A stretch of DNA of 52,797 bases, counting the filler, from Malassezia furfur (taxonomy: Eukaryota): NCBI GenBank assembly GCA_052055015.1. It is 2 parts of 2 records of this genome, joined end to end, with 100 filler letters (N's around TTAATTAATTAA, not from the genome) between each part and the next. Parts side by side here need not be neighbours in the genome. Positions count along the whole stretch, not along the records: positions 26,486 to 52,797 come from JBQJIT010000127.1; 1 more part is not named here. The stretch is one strand, 5' to 3'. Positions 29,298 through 39,860 of the stretch are shown here, in pieces (positions within the stretch are counted from its first letter, which is position 1; every line of letters begins with the position of its first letter). The notes beneath the pieces are model-generated. The model searched no databases. It was not told the DNA's origin and worked only from the letters and a program-made list of their open reading frames with translations. The translations under genes were made by a program, and so were the position numbers.

Positions 29298-31558
29298 ATG
29301 AGCTTCTGGGGCAGCCTGCTGAGCGCACGCGCCGCGCCGGCGCCGAGCACGTCCGGCGCCACGGCCGCGCGCGATGCAGGGCTGCTCGCCTCCGCCCAGG
29401 AGCAATGGGATACGATCCGCGTACGTCCTCGCGCCGCTCACCCAGTCTTTTCTCGCGTCGCCCGACCGCCGCGCGATGCAGGGCGGCGTACATGACACGG
29501 GCATCCCCGCGTGCATGGATCAGCTCGTGCATGTGCTGCTCACCGAGGACCGGCTGTCGACGGACGCGACGCTCGGCGCGTGTATGGAGTTTGTGCTCGA
29601 GCAAGACGGTACGTTCTGTGCCTGACCCAGTCTTCGAGGGGCTCCTCGGCCTGTGCCTCGCCGACGAACAGCGCGGCGTCAAGCGTGCCATGATCGCCAT
29701 GTTTAGCAAGCTCGTCGGCGGCATGCGCCCCGCCTTCCTTACGCACCAAGGCGTGCTCCGCGTGCTGGCACAGCTGTTGCACCACGGCATCCGCACTGAC
29801 CCCATGGCCGAGCACGATGGCACGACCGAGGCGCTGCTCGACCTCCTGTGCGAGATAGCCGCACACCTGGGCACGCAACCAAGCGTACTGCGCCTGCTCG
29901 TGGAGCTTGGCACCGTCCATGCCGCCGCGCAGCCGCACGATGCACTCCCCGTGTTTTCCTACCTCCTGCAGCACCTGCACCACCCAGGCGCGCGCGGTTT
30001 CCGCGTGCGCACCGCCGCACTTGCATTCCTCCAAAGTATGCTGGAGGCAGACGCCGCGCTGCTGGCGCTCGTGGTGCACAGCCGCCTCGCCGAGTCGCTC
30101 GGCACCGCGACCGCCGCGACGTATGGCCTGCTGCCGATGCGCCTCGATGCTGCTGCACCCGACACAGCGCAGCGCGTGTGCGATGCCGAACGTGCCCAAC
30201 AGTGGCGGAGCATTGTCGAGGCATGGGCGGACGTGGCGTTCGTGCCGGAGCTGTGCACCTTTCTGGACCTCGTGTGGCTTACCCAAGCGACGATGCACGC
30301 CTGTGCATCTCATACCCGGACGGAGGCGCCGTGCATCGACCAGCTGGAGCAGCTGCACGCGGACGTCCTCGACCATTTTCGGTCCACGTTCCTCGAGAGC
30401 GTTGTGCACCCGTCGATCGCAGGGTGCAGCTTGAGCGAGGGCAGTGGGCCCGCCGTGCTCCTGTATAGTGCCCTGCTCTTTACCATGCTCGATCCGCGGG
30501 GACCGCTGTCACACGTCGCATGTACGGCGCAGGGTGAGCGGCCACTTGGCGAGGTCGTGACCGAGTGCATTGCCGCGGACGATGCGCCACCCGCGGTGCG
30601 TGTACTGGGGTTCCGCCTCGCAACGCTCTATGCACGGCGTCTGCAGCTCCACGACGTGACGCGCGGTGCCGAGGTTCCGCGCCCCGCGTCGCCGTCGGTG
30701 ACGCCCATACTCGCCGCGCTCATCCATACGTTGCATGCGCCTCGCACGCCCGTGGGCCTGGGCGACCGGTATGCGCTGCACCTCGTCGAGACGGAGCGGA
30801 CCATGCGCACAGACCCTGACTACCGCTTTGCAGACCGCATCGTACCTACGGCAAACGGCGTCGAGCTGCGCCATGCCATCCTACGGCAGCCCATGGACCC
30901 GTCCGGCCACTTCTTGATACCCCTGCTGACGCAGCTCTGCTCGCTGCTCGTTCAGCCGCTCTTGCTGAACGTCGAGGTGACCAGAGCCCTGGCATCGCTG
31001 TGCCGCTCGCCATTCGTGTCGCTGGATGGCGTGCTATACGCGAGCAGTACTCAGGCGCCACCGCTGCTCTTGAGCGTACTGGTGCGTCTCACGCAGCAGG
31101 TGCGTCTATGCATCGAGCGCGTGCCCGACTTTGGTTTCTATCTCGCGCAGCGCCGCAACCAGCAATGGAACCTGTCCAAAGCCACGACGACTGCCCTCGA
31201 CACCCACAGCCCACTCGCCGATGCGCACGCTGACCACAAAGCGCTGTCGGCGCTCCAAGATACCCTCGATGACCTCTCGCCGCTACCTGTGGCCGACTAC
31301 GACGTGCAGCTGGAGCTCGACACGCCTTCGCTGCCGCCTACTTTGCACGTGCGCCCTGGGCCGGTCCACAACGGTGCAGAGCACCTCGCGATACATATCG
31401 CGCCATGTTCTGTACTGAGCCTGACGCCCTCGGTTGCCTCGCCGTGTCGGCGGCCCTTGCTGCACGTGCTGGACAACATTTTGCTTTTGGACGAATTTCT
31501 TGTGGAGCTCGCGGCGCTTTTGCAGTTGCGCGCGGCGTGGGACGTAGATCCTTCGTAG
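29298..31558 (+). CDS. FHIP/FAM160 (RAI16-like) FTS-Hook-interacting protein
   Basis: Removing introns 29421-29445 (25) and 29609-29630 (22) gives GACMEFVLEQDVFEGLLGLCLADEQRGVKRAMIAMFSKLV, matching the FAM160B N-terminal pattern; also FSYLLQHLH..G..G..VR.A.L and C-terminal LDNILLLDEFLVELAALLQLR. Confidence 0.8.
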
Positions 31559-31573
31559 TGGAGGAATCGGCCC

Positions 31574-32843
31574 ATGCGCACTGCGTTGCGTCGTTGGACG
31601 CGCGCGTCGGCCCCAATCGCGATCGCCGCCTATGTCGTGTACGTGACGAGCGACTTATGCAAGCTTTGCCTACTATGTCACGATCTACGAGCATTTGTGT
31701 AGGTGATGCGCTCACGCAGGGGGACGTGTTTGGGCTCCCTACCGCGCGCGAGCCACCTTGCCTGACCGCGCGTCTGTGGTATACGCGGCTGTTACGCACA
31801 TCTTGCTGGCCGAGGTATGCCTTCTCTACGCTCGGATCTATTGCGCCCGCTCCGTCCTTGTCGATCCAACTACGTACCTCTCGCGGTATGCCCACCAGTT
31901 TAGGGGCTGGATGCCGACGCTCCGTCAGGCCTGCGGCATAGCCCCCCTCATTTTGCCAACGTCGCCTCCCGAATGGTCTGGCGCCGATGCGAAAGAACCA
32001 GTTGTTTTCCTCACAGACGAGATGGGAAAGCCTCTGCAGTGTTGGAGAGGCCGCTGTAAGGGGCACTGGAGAACACCCCGCATGCACCATTGTGGTGCTT
32101 GTGGGCACTGTCGGCTCCTGCTAGACCACCACTGTGTGTGGGTACGTGGCTGTTCTCTGACTTAGTTTGACAACTGCCTGACCATTCCAGACTCCATGGG
32201 TCCTTTCTTACTCTTCCTGCTCTTGGTCCCAGTTCTAATTGTCTATGCGGAGTGGCCCTTGTTTAGAACAGCATGGTCGCATACGCAGCGGCTGTGGACC
32301 TTGGCCAAAACAGAACCAACCATTGCGCATGATCTCCTGGACCATTGGTGGAGCTGGTGTTTCGGCCCAGTACCTCGCTACTTGGCTGCCTTGCTATTGG
32401 GTACGCACCGCTGCTTCGCTTAACCAGCCCACCACACCGCGCAGGGATACATGTACAGCGGGATCATTGGAGATGCTGCTGACACTCCTTCGCTAAAAAT
32501 GCCCTTTTGTGTCATTGTCGGCCTCTTGTTCAGCATCTTTACGTTCGGTGTGTGTCTCTACTAATTTTAAGGTTTGCTGCTTTCCACACTCTACTACGCA
32601 GTGCAAGGAAAATTTACAGCCGATGTCCAGCACGAGCGCCGAGTACAAAAGCGAGCACGTCATCGTGGAAGCTCTCTTCGCGAGCAAAAACCTCGCTTGT
32701 TTTTATATATACCCAACAACAGCACTCATGGCCAGGTCACAGCGTGGGCCATCGAGACCCCTCCTGACGGATGGCATGCCAATCTCGCTTCATATCTTGG
32801 CCTACAGCCAGTCTCCCCATTCAGCGCGATGCAGCAGCGATGA
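31574..32843 (+). CDS. DHHC-type palmitoyltransferase
   Basis: CWRGRCKGHWRTPRMHHCGACGHCRLLLDHHCVW|FDNC. One continuous frame results from introns 31639-31663 (25), 31699-31719 (21), 32142-32165 (24), 32401-32427 (27), 32548-32571 (24); about 4 TM segments. Confidence 0.75.
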
Positions 32844-32949
32844 GGCTCCAGGGATACTGCTGACAAACTACATGCCATTGAATCGAGCTATATGCCCGGC
32901 ACGGGGCGCAAGTACACATAGGCCGTCCAACTTTCTTCGCGTGAAATGG

Positions 32950-33260
32950 CCAATCCCTGGTCAGACATTTAGGGTAGTGATGTTCCCAGATAATCGCAAG
33001 CTCCTTTTCTGTAATCGATCGGATCAGATTCTTTTAAGCTTTTTTTGGTGCATGCCTAGCAGTATTTCTGCGCCCAATTTAGATTCTGACGAATAGAATT
33101 ACTTGTGTGGAGAAAATTTGTTGCGCACGACACCCTAGTTGAGAATTCCATCATGATGGCTGTAAAAAGACATTCTTTTTCGACAGCTGGCAGAAGCCCC
33201 TTCCTGATGGAAATGTTGTGGTGCAGGGAGAGATAACGTAGTTTATTTTTTGTATTTATA
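32950..33260 (+). promoter_or_regulatory. Promoter of ferric reductase copy 1 with candidate GATA, CCAAT and TATA elements
   Basis: CCAAT 32950-32954, AGATAA 32988-32993 and 33231-33236, TATTTATA 33253-33260; ATG at 33314. Confidence 0.35.
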
Positions 33261-33313
33261 CAAACAGCGTACGCCCATTACGAATTCTGTGACCACGGTC
33301 AAGTTTGCTCAAC

Positions 33314-35263
33314 ATGATCCACGGCCCCAATTCGCCTGACGCGCCGACCAAGAAGCAAATCAAGGCGTCACAAGGGCCTCATGATCAGCCCGACACTCTA
33401 CTTTATCTTTTCCCGCTTCGGATGACCTACCTTATTGCTGCCATTATTGGTGTTGCCGTGCTTAATCATGCTCTCCGCCTCATCCGTCAATACAGGCCCA
33501 TGACTGGAAAGGCCATGATGAGGATCCCTGGATTGACGTTTACACTGGCTCTCATTCGAAGCGTCACTTGTATTCGCATCAGGCCTATTGGTCCTTTTGC
33601 TTTTCCACCCATGCATGCACTTATTATCTGCTCCTCCTTTGCCATTGCTACGTTCACCTGGTGTCTGTCGCTGAAGCCGTACTATCGCCAGAGTTTTGAG
33701 TGGGGCAAGCCGCCTCTTGCTATGCGTGCAGGAGGTATGGCGATAGCTCTGGTTCCGTTTATCTGGTCCACTGCACTGAAGGTGAACCCCATCTCTATGC
33801 TGACAGGTATTTCTCACGCCCGCCTACAGGTGTACCACCAGAATTTCGCGAGGCTGTTCCTCCTGTTCGGAATCATCCATACTGTACCCTTTATCAAGCA
33901 GATGCTTGACGACGCTGGCTATCAGAACCTGAAGGCGTATTGGAACGTCGGTGATCGCTACTGGTCCGGAACCTGTGCTCTTGTCTTCATCTTCTGGATG
34001 TGTGTTTCGAGCACATCTGCGCTGAGAAACCTTTCCTACGAGTTTTTCGTCATTCAACACATTGTCTCTATCATTATCGTTACGGTAATGCTCTTCATTC
34101 ACGTCCACAAGACATTCAATGCCCACCTTTGGCTCTGGTGTGCCATGGCTTTCTGGATTTTCTCCATCGTGGCGCGGTCTTTGCTCGTGGTTTACTCCAC
34201 ACGCTTTTTCACTGGTCCTAAGGCACGCGTGCAAGTGCAGACCGAAATTCACGCGGCTCACGACGAAAAATCTCCTCAGGGCCAGGCAGGTGTCGAGGCA
34301 TTCCGCATTTCGTTCCAAACTCCTCTTCGCTGGGCTCCTGGTCAACATGTCTATGTGCGCTTCCCTGGTGTCAATCCCATCCAGGCGCATCCATTCACCA
34401 TTATGTCTCTGCCGAACGACGCTCGTTTCACCAATTCGGAGTTGGTCTTGATTGTTCGAGTGCACAACGGCATAACTCGCAAGATTTTTAACTGTCTGGA
34501 AAATGAAAAGGACCAGCAAATTGAGACTAAAGAGCTAAAGTCGGAATCTACATCGTCCTCTGACACCCAAGAGGCTGAAATGGTGGCGTCGAAGGTCATC
34601 GAAGCCGAGACGCCAGCTCAAGCTACTGCGGAGGCAAAGCAAGAGGCCAAAGAGGTGATCAAGGCTGTGGACAGTGAGATTCCCAAGATGCACTTCAAGT
34701 CGAGCAAGATAATTGCCTGGGTTGACGGCCCCTATGGCTACTCGATGGACCCGGCCATGTTTGAGCATCCAATCTTTATTGCAGGTGGTACGGGTGCCAC
34801 CTTTGTATTCCCTGTCCTACTGGATCTTATGCGCCGGATGGCTCGGAACCCGAGCCACATTCTGGTCAAGAGTACCCGTCTTGTGTGGACCAGTCGGTCC
34901 AGGGTCATGATCGGCTGGATGAAATCCGTGATTGACGAAATCCTCGCGATCCGCTCGACCCTCGAACTGAAGTTCGACATTACAATTTATGCCTCTAAGG
35001 AGACTGATGCTCACTCTGATTTCCTTGGTCACGATGTGACCGTAGTTCATGGCTGCCGCCCTGATGCCAAGCAGCTTCTGGCAGAAGAGTTTGCGGCTGC
35101 AAAGAAGGCCAACTTGACCAGCACCTGCGTCTATACCTGCGGACCTGAATCACTTGGTCGCGACGTCAGCAACGCAGTTGCTAAGGCTAATTACGATATT
35201 CTTCGTGGTCGCATGGGTTCCCTCCGCGAGATCGCTCTGGAGAGCGAAACGTTTGGGTGGTAA
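33314..35263 (+). CDS. Ferric/cupric reductase (FRE/NOX superfamily), copy 1, intronless
   Basis: Heme His pairs YHQ...IIH and QHI...FIH; FAD motif HPFT; VDGPYG, IAGGTG, YTCGP, C-terminal ETFGW. Confidence 0.92.
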   Translation: MIHGPNSPDAPTKKQIKASQGPHDQPDTLLYLFPLRMTYLIAAIIGVAVLNHALRLIRQYRPMTGKAMMRIPGLTFTLALIRSVTCIRIRPIGPFAFPPMHALIICSSFAIATFTWCLSLKPYYRQSFEWGKPPLAMRAGGMAIALVPFIWSTALKVNPISMLTGISHARLQVYHQNFARLFLLFGIIHTVPFIKQMLDDAGYQNLKAYWNVGDRYWSGTCALVFIFWMCVSSTSALRNLSYEFFVIQHIVSIIIVTVMLFIHVHKTFNAHLWLWCAMAFWIFSIVARSLLVVYSTRFFTGPKARVQVQTEIHAAHDEKSPQGQAGVEAFRISFQTPLRWAPGQHVYVRFPGVNPIQAHPFTIMSLPNDARFTNSELVLIVRVHNGITRKIFNCLENEKDQQIETKELKSESTSSSDTQEAEMVASKVIEAETPAQATAEAKQEAKEVIKAVDSEIPKMHFKSSKIIAWVDGPYGYSMDPAMFEHPIFIAGGTGATFVFPVLLDLMRRMARNPSHILVKSTRLVWTSRSRVMIGWMKSVIDEILAIRSTLELKFDITIYASKETDAHSDFLGHDVTVVHGCRPDAKQLLAEEFAAAKKANLTSTCVYTCGPESLGRDVSNAVAKANYDILRGRMGSLREIALESETFGW

Positions 35264-35638
35264 TGATATAATGGTTATATTTGATTCTTGGGTTTTAGCA
35301 TCCGTTATGTAATGGTAACTTCATTTTCGCATTTTCTGTGCACTATGAAAACATTGATAGTACGTTAGAGAGGGAATCTTGTTTAAGCTACCCCATACTC
35401 AGGGCCTAAACGTCCCTTGAATGCGCAGCAATAGAGCGAGGGAGATACCGATCAATTCCTAAATTGAGTATTCCCTCCTTATTAATTGGCCAGGATTTAG
35501 TGCTGACAATCATTAATTCTATTTATGAGGTCTAATGCTTTGATCAAGATCAGCTCAGCCTCAAACGCGAGCTGCCAATGTCGTATTAAACCAGCGAGCT
35601 ACGTTACGAAATTTGTAGTTTCTTTTTAGCTTTCGTAC

Positions 35639-37575
35639 ATGAGGAACGCAACGCTAGTGCGGCGATGGGGAGATTCCGACCCTGAGCCATGGGAGAAAGA
35701 ATTCAAGTACGAATATCGTACGTACCTGCAAGGTTTTAGAAACTGACACTGCATGAAGGAAGTACATATCTCTTTTGCTCTTTTATTTTTCTGGCTATTG
35801 TCTGCCATGCATTGCAACTTCTTCGTCAAGTCCGGCCCAATGCTGGATTTTTCATCTATCGGATCCACGCAGCTGCCAGGTTCATTGCTTTGGTTCGAAG
35901 CATTTCCTACATTCACATTAGGGGATGGAGATTCTTCCACCTGCCACCTCTGAAGACTTGTATTATTATTGGATCTTTCTTTATTTCTCTGGTGGCTTGG
36001 GTCTTTTCAATCAAGCCGCATTAACGCCCCACGGTGGACGATGGCGATTCACCTTTGTCCATCCGCTCTGGGCTTCTTGCCGTGTCGTTTTTTCCATTTA
36101 TGTTTGCCTGTGCTCTAAAAGTTAACCCAATCTCAATGTTAAACGGCATATCCCATGCAAGACTGCAAATTTATCATCAATGCTTTGCGTTTGCCATGTT
36201 CTTTTTTGGCATGATACACACCATCCCTTTGCTTTGGCAGTACTCGCATGATAAAGGATATGCTTATTTGAAAATGGCGTACGACGAGAGTCAATTTTTC
36301 TGGACAGGGACCGTTTGTATTTGCCTGGTATTTTGGATCTTGTGCTCCAGCATTGGGATTTTCCGCAACTTTTCGTATCGATTTTTTGTGATTCAACATA
36401 TCATCTCTGTTGCAGCACTACTTGGGTTCCTTTTCAAACATGTTGATTCGTTACTGAAAAGTCACTACTACTTGTGGTCTGCGGTGGCGATGTGGCTGTT
36501 TTCTATTGTGGTGCGCAGCTGTATGGTTCTTTATTCGTCCGAATTTTTTGCTTCTCGTCGCGCGCAAGTGGACATACAAACGGTCACTAATTACCCGCTG
36601 GATGAAAAGAAAGCTGCCACACCAGGAGGAGAAACAATTCGGCTTTCTTTCTCTACACCACTACGGTGGTGCCCCGGACAGCATATCTATGTCAGGTTTC
36701 CCGGTTTTGCTATCGCACAGGCCCATCCTTTCTCGATTATGTCCCTCCCCAGCCAAAGTCGTACCAACTCGCAGCTGGTTCTTCTTGCCAAAGTGCACCG
36801 TGGAACCACTTGCAAAATTTTCAATTACGTGAAAGACCACTCCCTAAAAGAACGCACTTTCTCCGACGAGGTGAACACGAAAGCAGACACTGACGTTACC
36901 AACATTGTCGATCTTGAGCATCAAGAGCCAGGATTTGTCAAAGAACATTGTCGCTCCATCTCCCCTCAGTTGGAGGTAAATCCTGCTATTCAGCAGTCCA
37001 GAATTCAATCCGCTCGGGTTGTGGCTTTCTTGGATGGTCCCTACGGTTTCACAACCGATCCGGCCAGCTACGACAATGTATTACTGTGCGCTGGTGGAAC
37101 CGGTATCGCGCATGTGTTCCCTATCGCACACCATTTACTCCGTCGTTGTGCCGAGAACAAGCCAAATATTGTTACCAAGCGGCTTCGCCTAGTATGGTCG
37201 ACGCACTCCACCGGTCTGTTGGACTGGATTGAGGCCGATTTGCAAGCGCTCGTGACACTCAAGAGGAAACTGCCCGTCCAGGTGGATTTCGATATTTACG
37301 TTACGGGCGAAGCCATGGGAGCGGCGCATCAGAGCTACGCAAAGACGCTTGTGACAGCCTATGGTATTCGTGTGAACGTTTATTCCATTGTTGAAGAGGA
37401 GGTTGACCGGGCCATGAAAATGGAGTCCCAGTCCCTGGCCATTTATGTCTGTGGCCCAACGGGCCTGGCCCATGATATGAGCAACAATGTCGCAAGTGCC
37501 AATTGGGAGCTCGCAAAAGGTAATCTTGGCTCGCTTCGGGATATTTACCTCGATGTCGAAAGTTTCAACTGGTAA
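35639..37575 (+). pseudogene. Ferric reductase copy 2 with one in-frame TAA (36022-36024)
   Basis: ATG 35639, intron 35718-35758 (41 nt), continuous frame collinear with copy 3 except KPH*RPT versus QPHYREN. All downstream motifs intact (His pairs, HPFS, LDGPYG, AGGTG, VCGP, ESFNW). Confidence 0.8.
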
Positions 37576-37924
37576 ACCGGTTCGTACCGGGAGATATTTT
37601 ATTTTTATGTTTGCTCTAGTAAGGATTTCGAGGTTGAAGGACATAGTCGCAATGTTACATTTAAGATCATGAGAGAAACACCCCAGGACCTTGCCAGCTG
37701 TGTAGAAGAGACCGCGCCTTGTGGGGATCTCTCCTGGCCGGGGTACTCCGGGGGGGTTGTTTCGGATCCCCGAATGGCGTACGTAATCCTCCGCGGTGAG
37801 TTTTCGGAGACTTTAGAGAAACTTGCGGAGAGAATTCGGCACCGTTGGCTATCAAGCGTTCTTCGTATAAGAAGCGTTGCGTTACGAAGCAAGCTTGTGC
37901 GCCTACTTCATCAAGTCTCTTGGC

Positions 37925-39831
37925 ATGAAAAATATCACGGTTCTGCATGCCACGACAAGCGACACCCGTGAGCCCTGGGATCTCCAGTACAAATATGCGT
38001 ACCGTACGTTTCCCCTCATGGACGAGGCTTACCATTCCCAGGCACCACGTATATCTTGTGTGCATTCGTGTTCGTGGCTGCCGTTTGCCATGCACTACAG
38101 CTGATTCGCCAGGTCTTTCCTAGTACAGGCGCGCGTCTGTATGGCCTTCCTGGTGTGCCGCGTGCAGCTGGCTTGGTTCGCGCCATTTCTTATGTGCACC
38201 TTGGGGCCTATGGTCCGCTTCGCCTGCCATCACTGAAGGCGTGCATCATTATTGTGTCATTTTTTGTGTCGATGGTGACGTGGATTTTCTCTATTCAGCC
38301 CCACTACCGAGAAAATGCCGAAGCTGGCTCTCCCCCCCTCGCGATCCGTTCTGGTATGGTTGCCGTCTCGCTCTTTCCCTTTATCTTTGCATGTGCTCTT
38401 AAGGTCAACCCGATATCTATGCTCACGGGCATTTCGCATGCCCGGCTGCAGATCTATCACCAAAGCCTGGCGTTTACCATGTTCTTTTTTGCCTTGGTGC
38501 ATGCCATTCCATTTCTGTGGCAGCATGCCCACGACTTTGGGTACGCCAACTTGCACAAACAATTTGCCGAAGACTCAATGTACTGGACCGGCACGGTATC
38601 CATTGGGCTTGTGGGCTGGATGCTGTGCTCAAGTCTGGGTGTGTTTCGCAACTTTTCGTACCGCTTTTTCGTGGTGCAGCACATTGTCAGTGTCGCGCTA
38701 CTACTGGGCTTTCTCTTTGCGCACGTCATGGATATGCTCCGGAGCCACTTGTTTCTCTGGGCGGCAGTGGCGCTATGGATTTTTTCCATTGCCGTACGCG
38801 GTTCCATGGTATTGCTCTCGTCAGACTTTTTCGCAGCGAAACGCGCGCGGGTCGATATTCAAACGGTGACGAGCTTGCCGCTCGGCGGCGACAACGCATC
38901 GGTGCGCAGCGCTGAAACGGTGCGCATTTCGCTCTCGGCCCCCATCCGCTGGCGACCGGGGCAGCACATTTACGTTCGTTTCCCCGGATTTGCGGTGGCC
39001 CAAGCACACCCCTTTTCGATCATGTCGCTCCCCAACCGGAGTCGTCTGGACTCGCAGCTTGTGCTGCTGGCCAAAGTGCACGGCGGTACGACGCGCAAAA
39101 TTTTTGAGTATGTTCAAAGACACGCTTTGGCGGAGCATGTCTTTTCGAACGAAGTGAACCGTGGCGAAGCGCCCGGGGCCCAGCTCGGCGGCGACGAGGA
39201 AAAAGGCATTTCGGTGTCGCCCCGCCTTGAAACGGAGCCGGCCGTGCAGCAGTCGCACATCCGCTCGGCGAGTATAGTGGCCTACCTCGATGGTCCGTAT
39301 GGCTACACGACCGACCCCGCGAGCTATGCCCATGTGGTGCTGTATGCCGGCGGAACAGGCATCTCGCACATATTCCCCCTCGCCTACCAGCTGCTTCAGC
39401 GGTGTGCTGTAGGCGATGCGCGCGTCGTCACGCGACGCATCCGCCTCGTGTGGACAACGCATGCTACCGGTCTGGTCGACTGGCTGGCCACGGAGCTAGC
39501 GGCACTGGTGCAGCTGCAAGGCGCGTCGCCGGCAGAGTTTGTGCTTGACGTGTGCGTGACCGGCGAAGAGTCTGGTGCCGAGCACAAGACGTTTGTCCAG
39601 ACGCTCATTACCTCGTACGGCGTGCGTATCGACACGCGCGCCGTTCTCCGCGAAGAGCTCGATGTGGCGAGCAAGATGCAGTCCACGTCGCTCGCCGTCT
39701 ACGTGTGTGGCCCAGCATCTCTGGCGCGCGACGTGGGCAACCACACGGCACAGGCAAACTGGGACCTTGCGCGCGGGCGCCTGGGTTCTCTGCGTGATGT
39801 GTACCTGGACGTGGAAAGCTTTGCATGGTAA
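37925..39831 (+). CDS. Ferric/cupric reductase (FRE/NOX superfamily), copy 3
   Basis: ATG 37925, intron 38004-38041 (38 nt) at the same position as in copy 2; His pairs, HPFS, LDGPYG, YAGGTG, YVCGP, ESFAW. Confidence 0.92.
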
Positions 39832-39860
39832 CCCCTCTCTATAGAAGCAATGTGTCCATC

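Noticed and set aside
31574..32843. DHHC gene as a fragmented pseudogene
   Set aside because: Five canonical micro-introns join all fragments into one open frame.
36022..36024. A-to-I editing or a variant genetic code rescuing the stop
   Set aside because: Editing would yield Trp whereas the paralogues have Tyr, and TAA is used as a normal stop elsewhere (GIS2, STI1, FRE copies).
32800..38000. Horizontally acquired or transposon-derived island
   Set aside because: No sharp compositional edges, terminal repeats or transposase; the FRE introns have host-style GTACGT donors; the gradient extends into flanking native genes. Not fully excluded without phylogeny.
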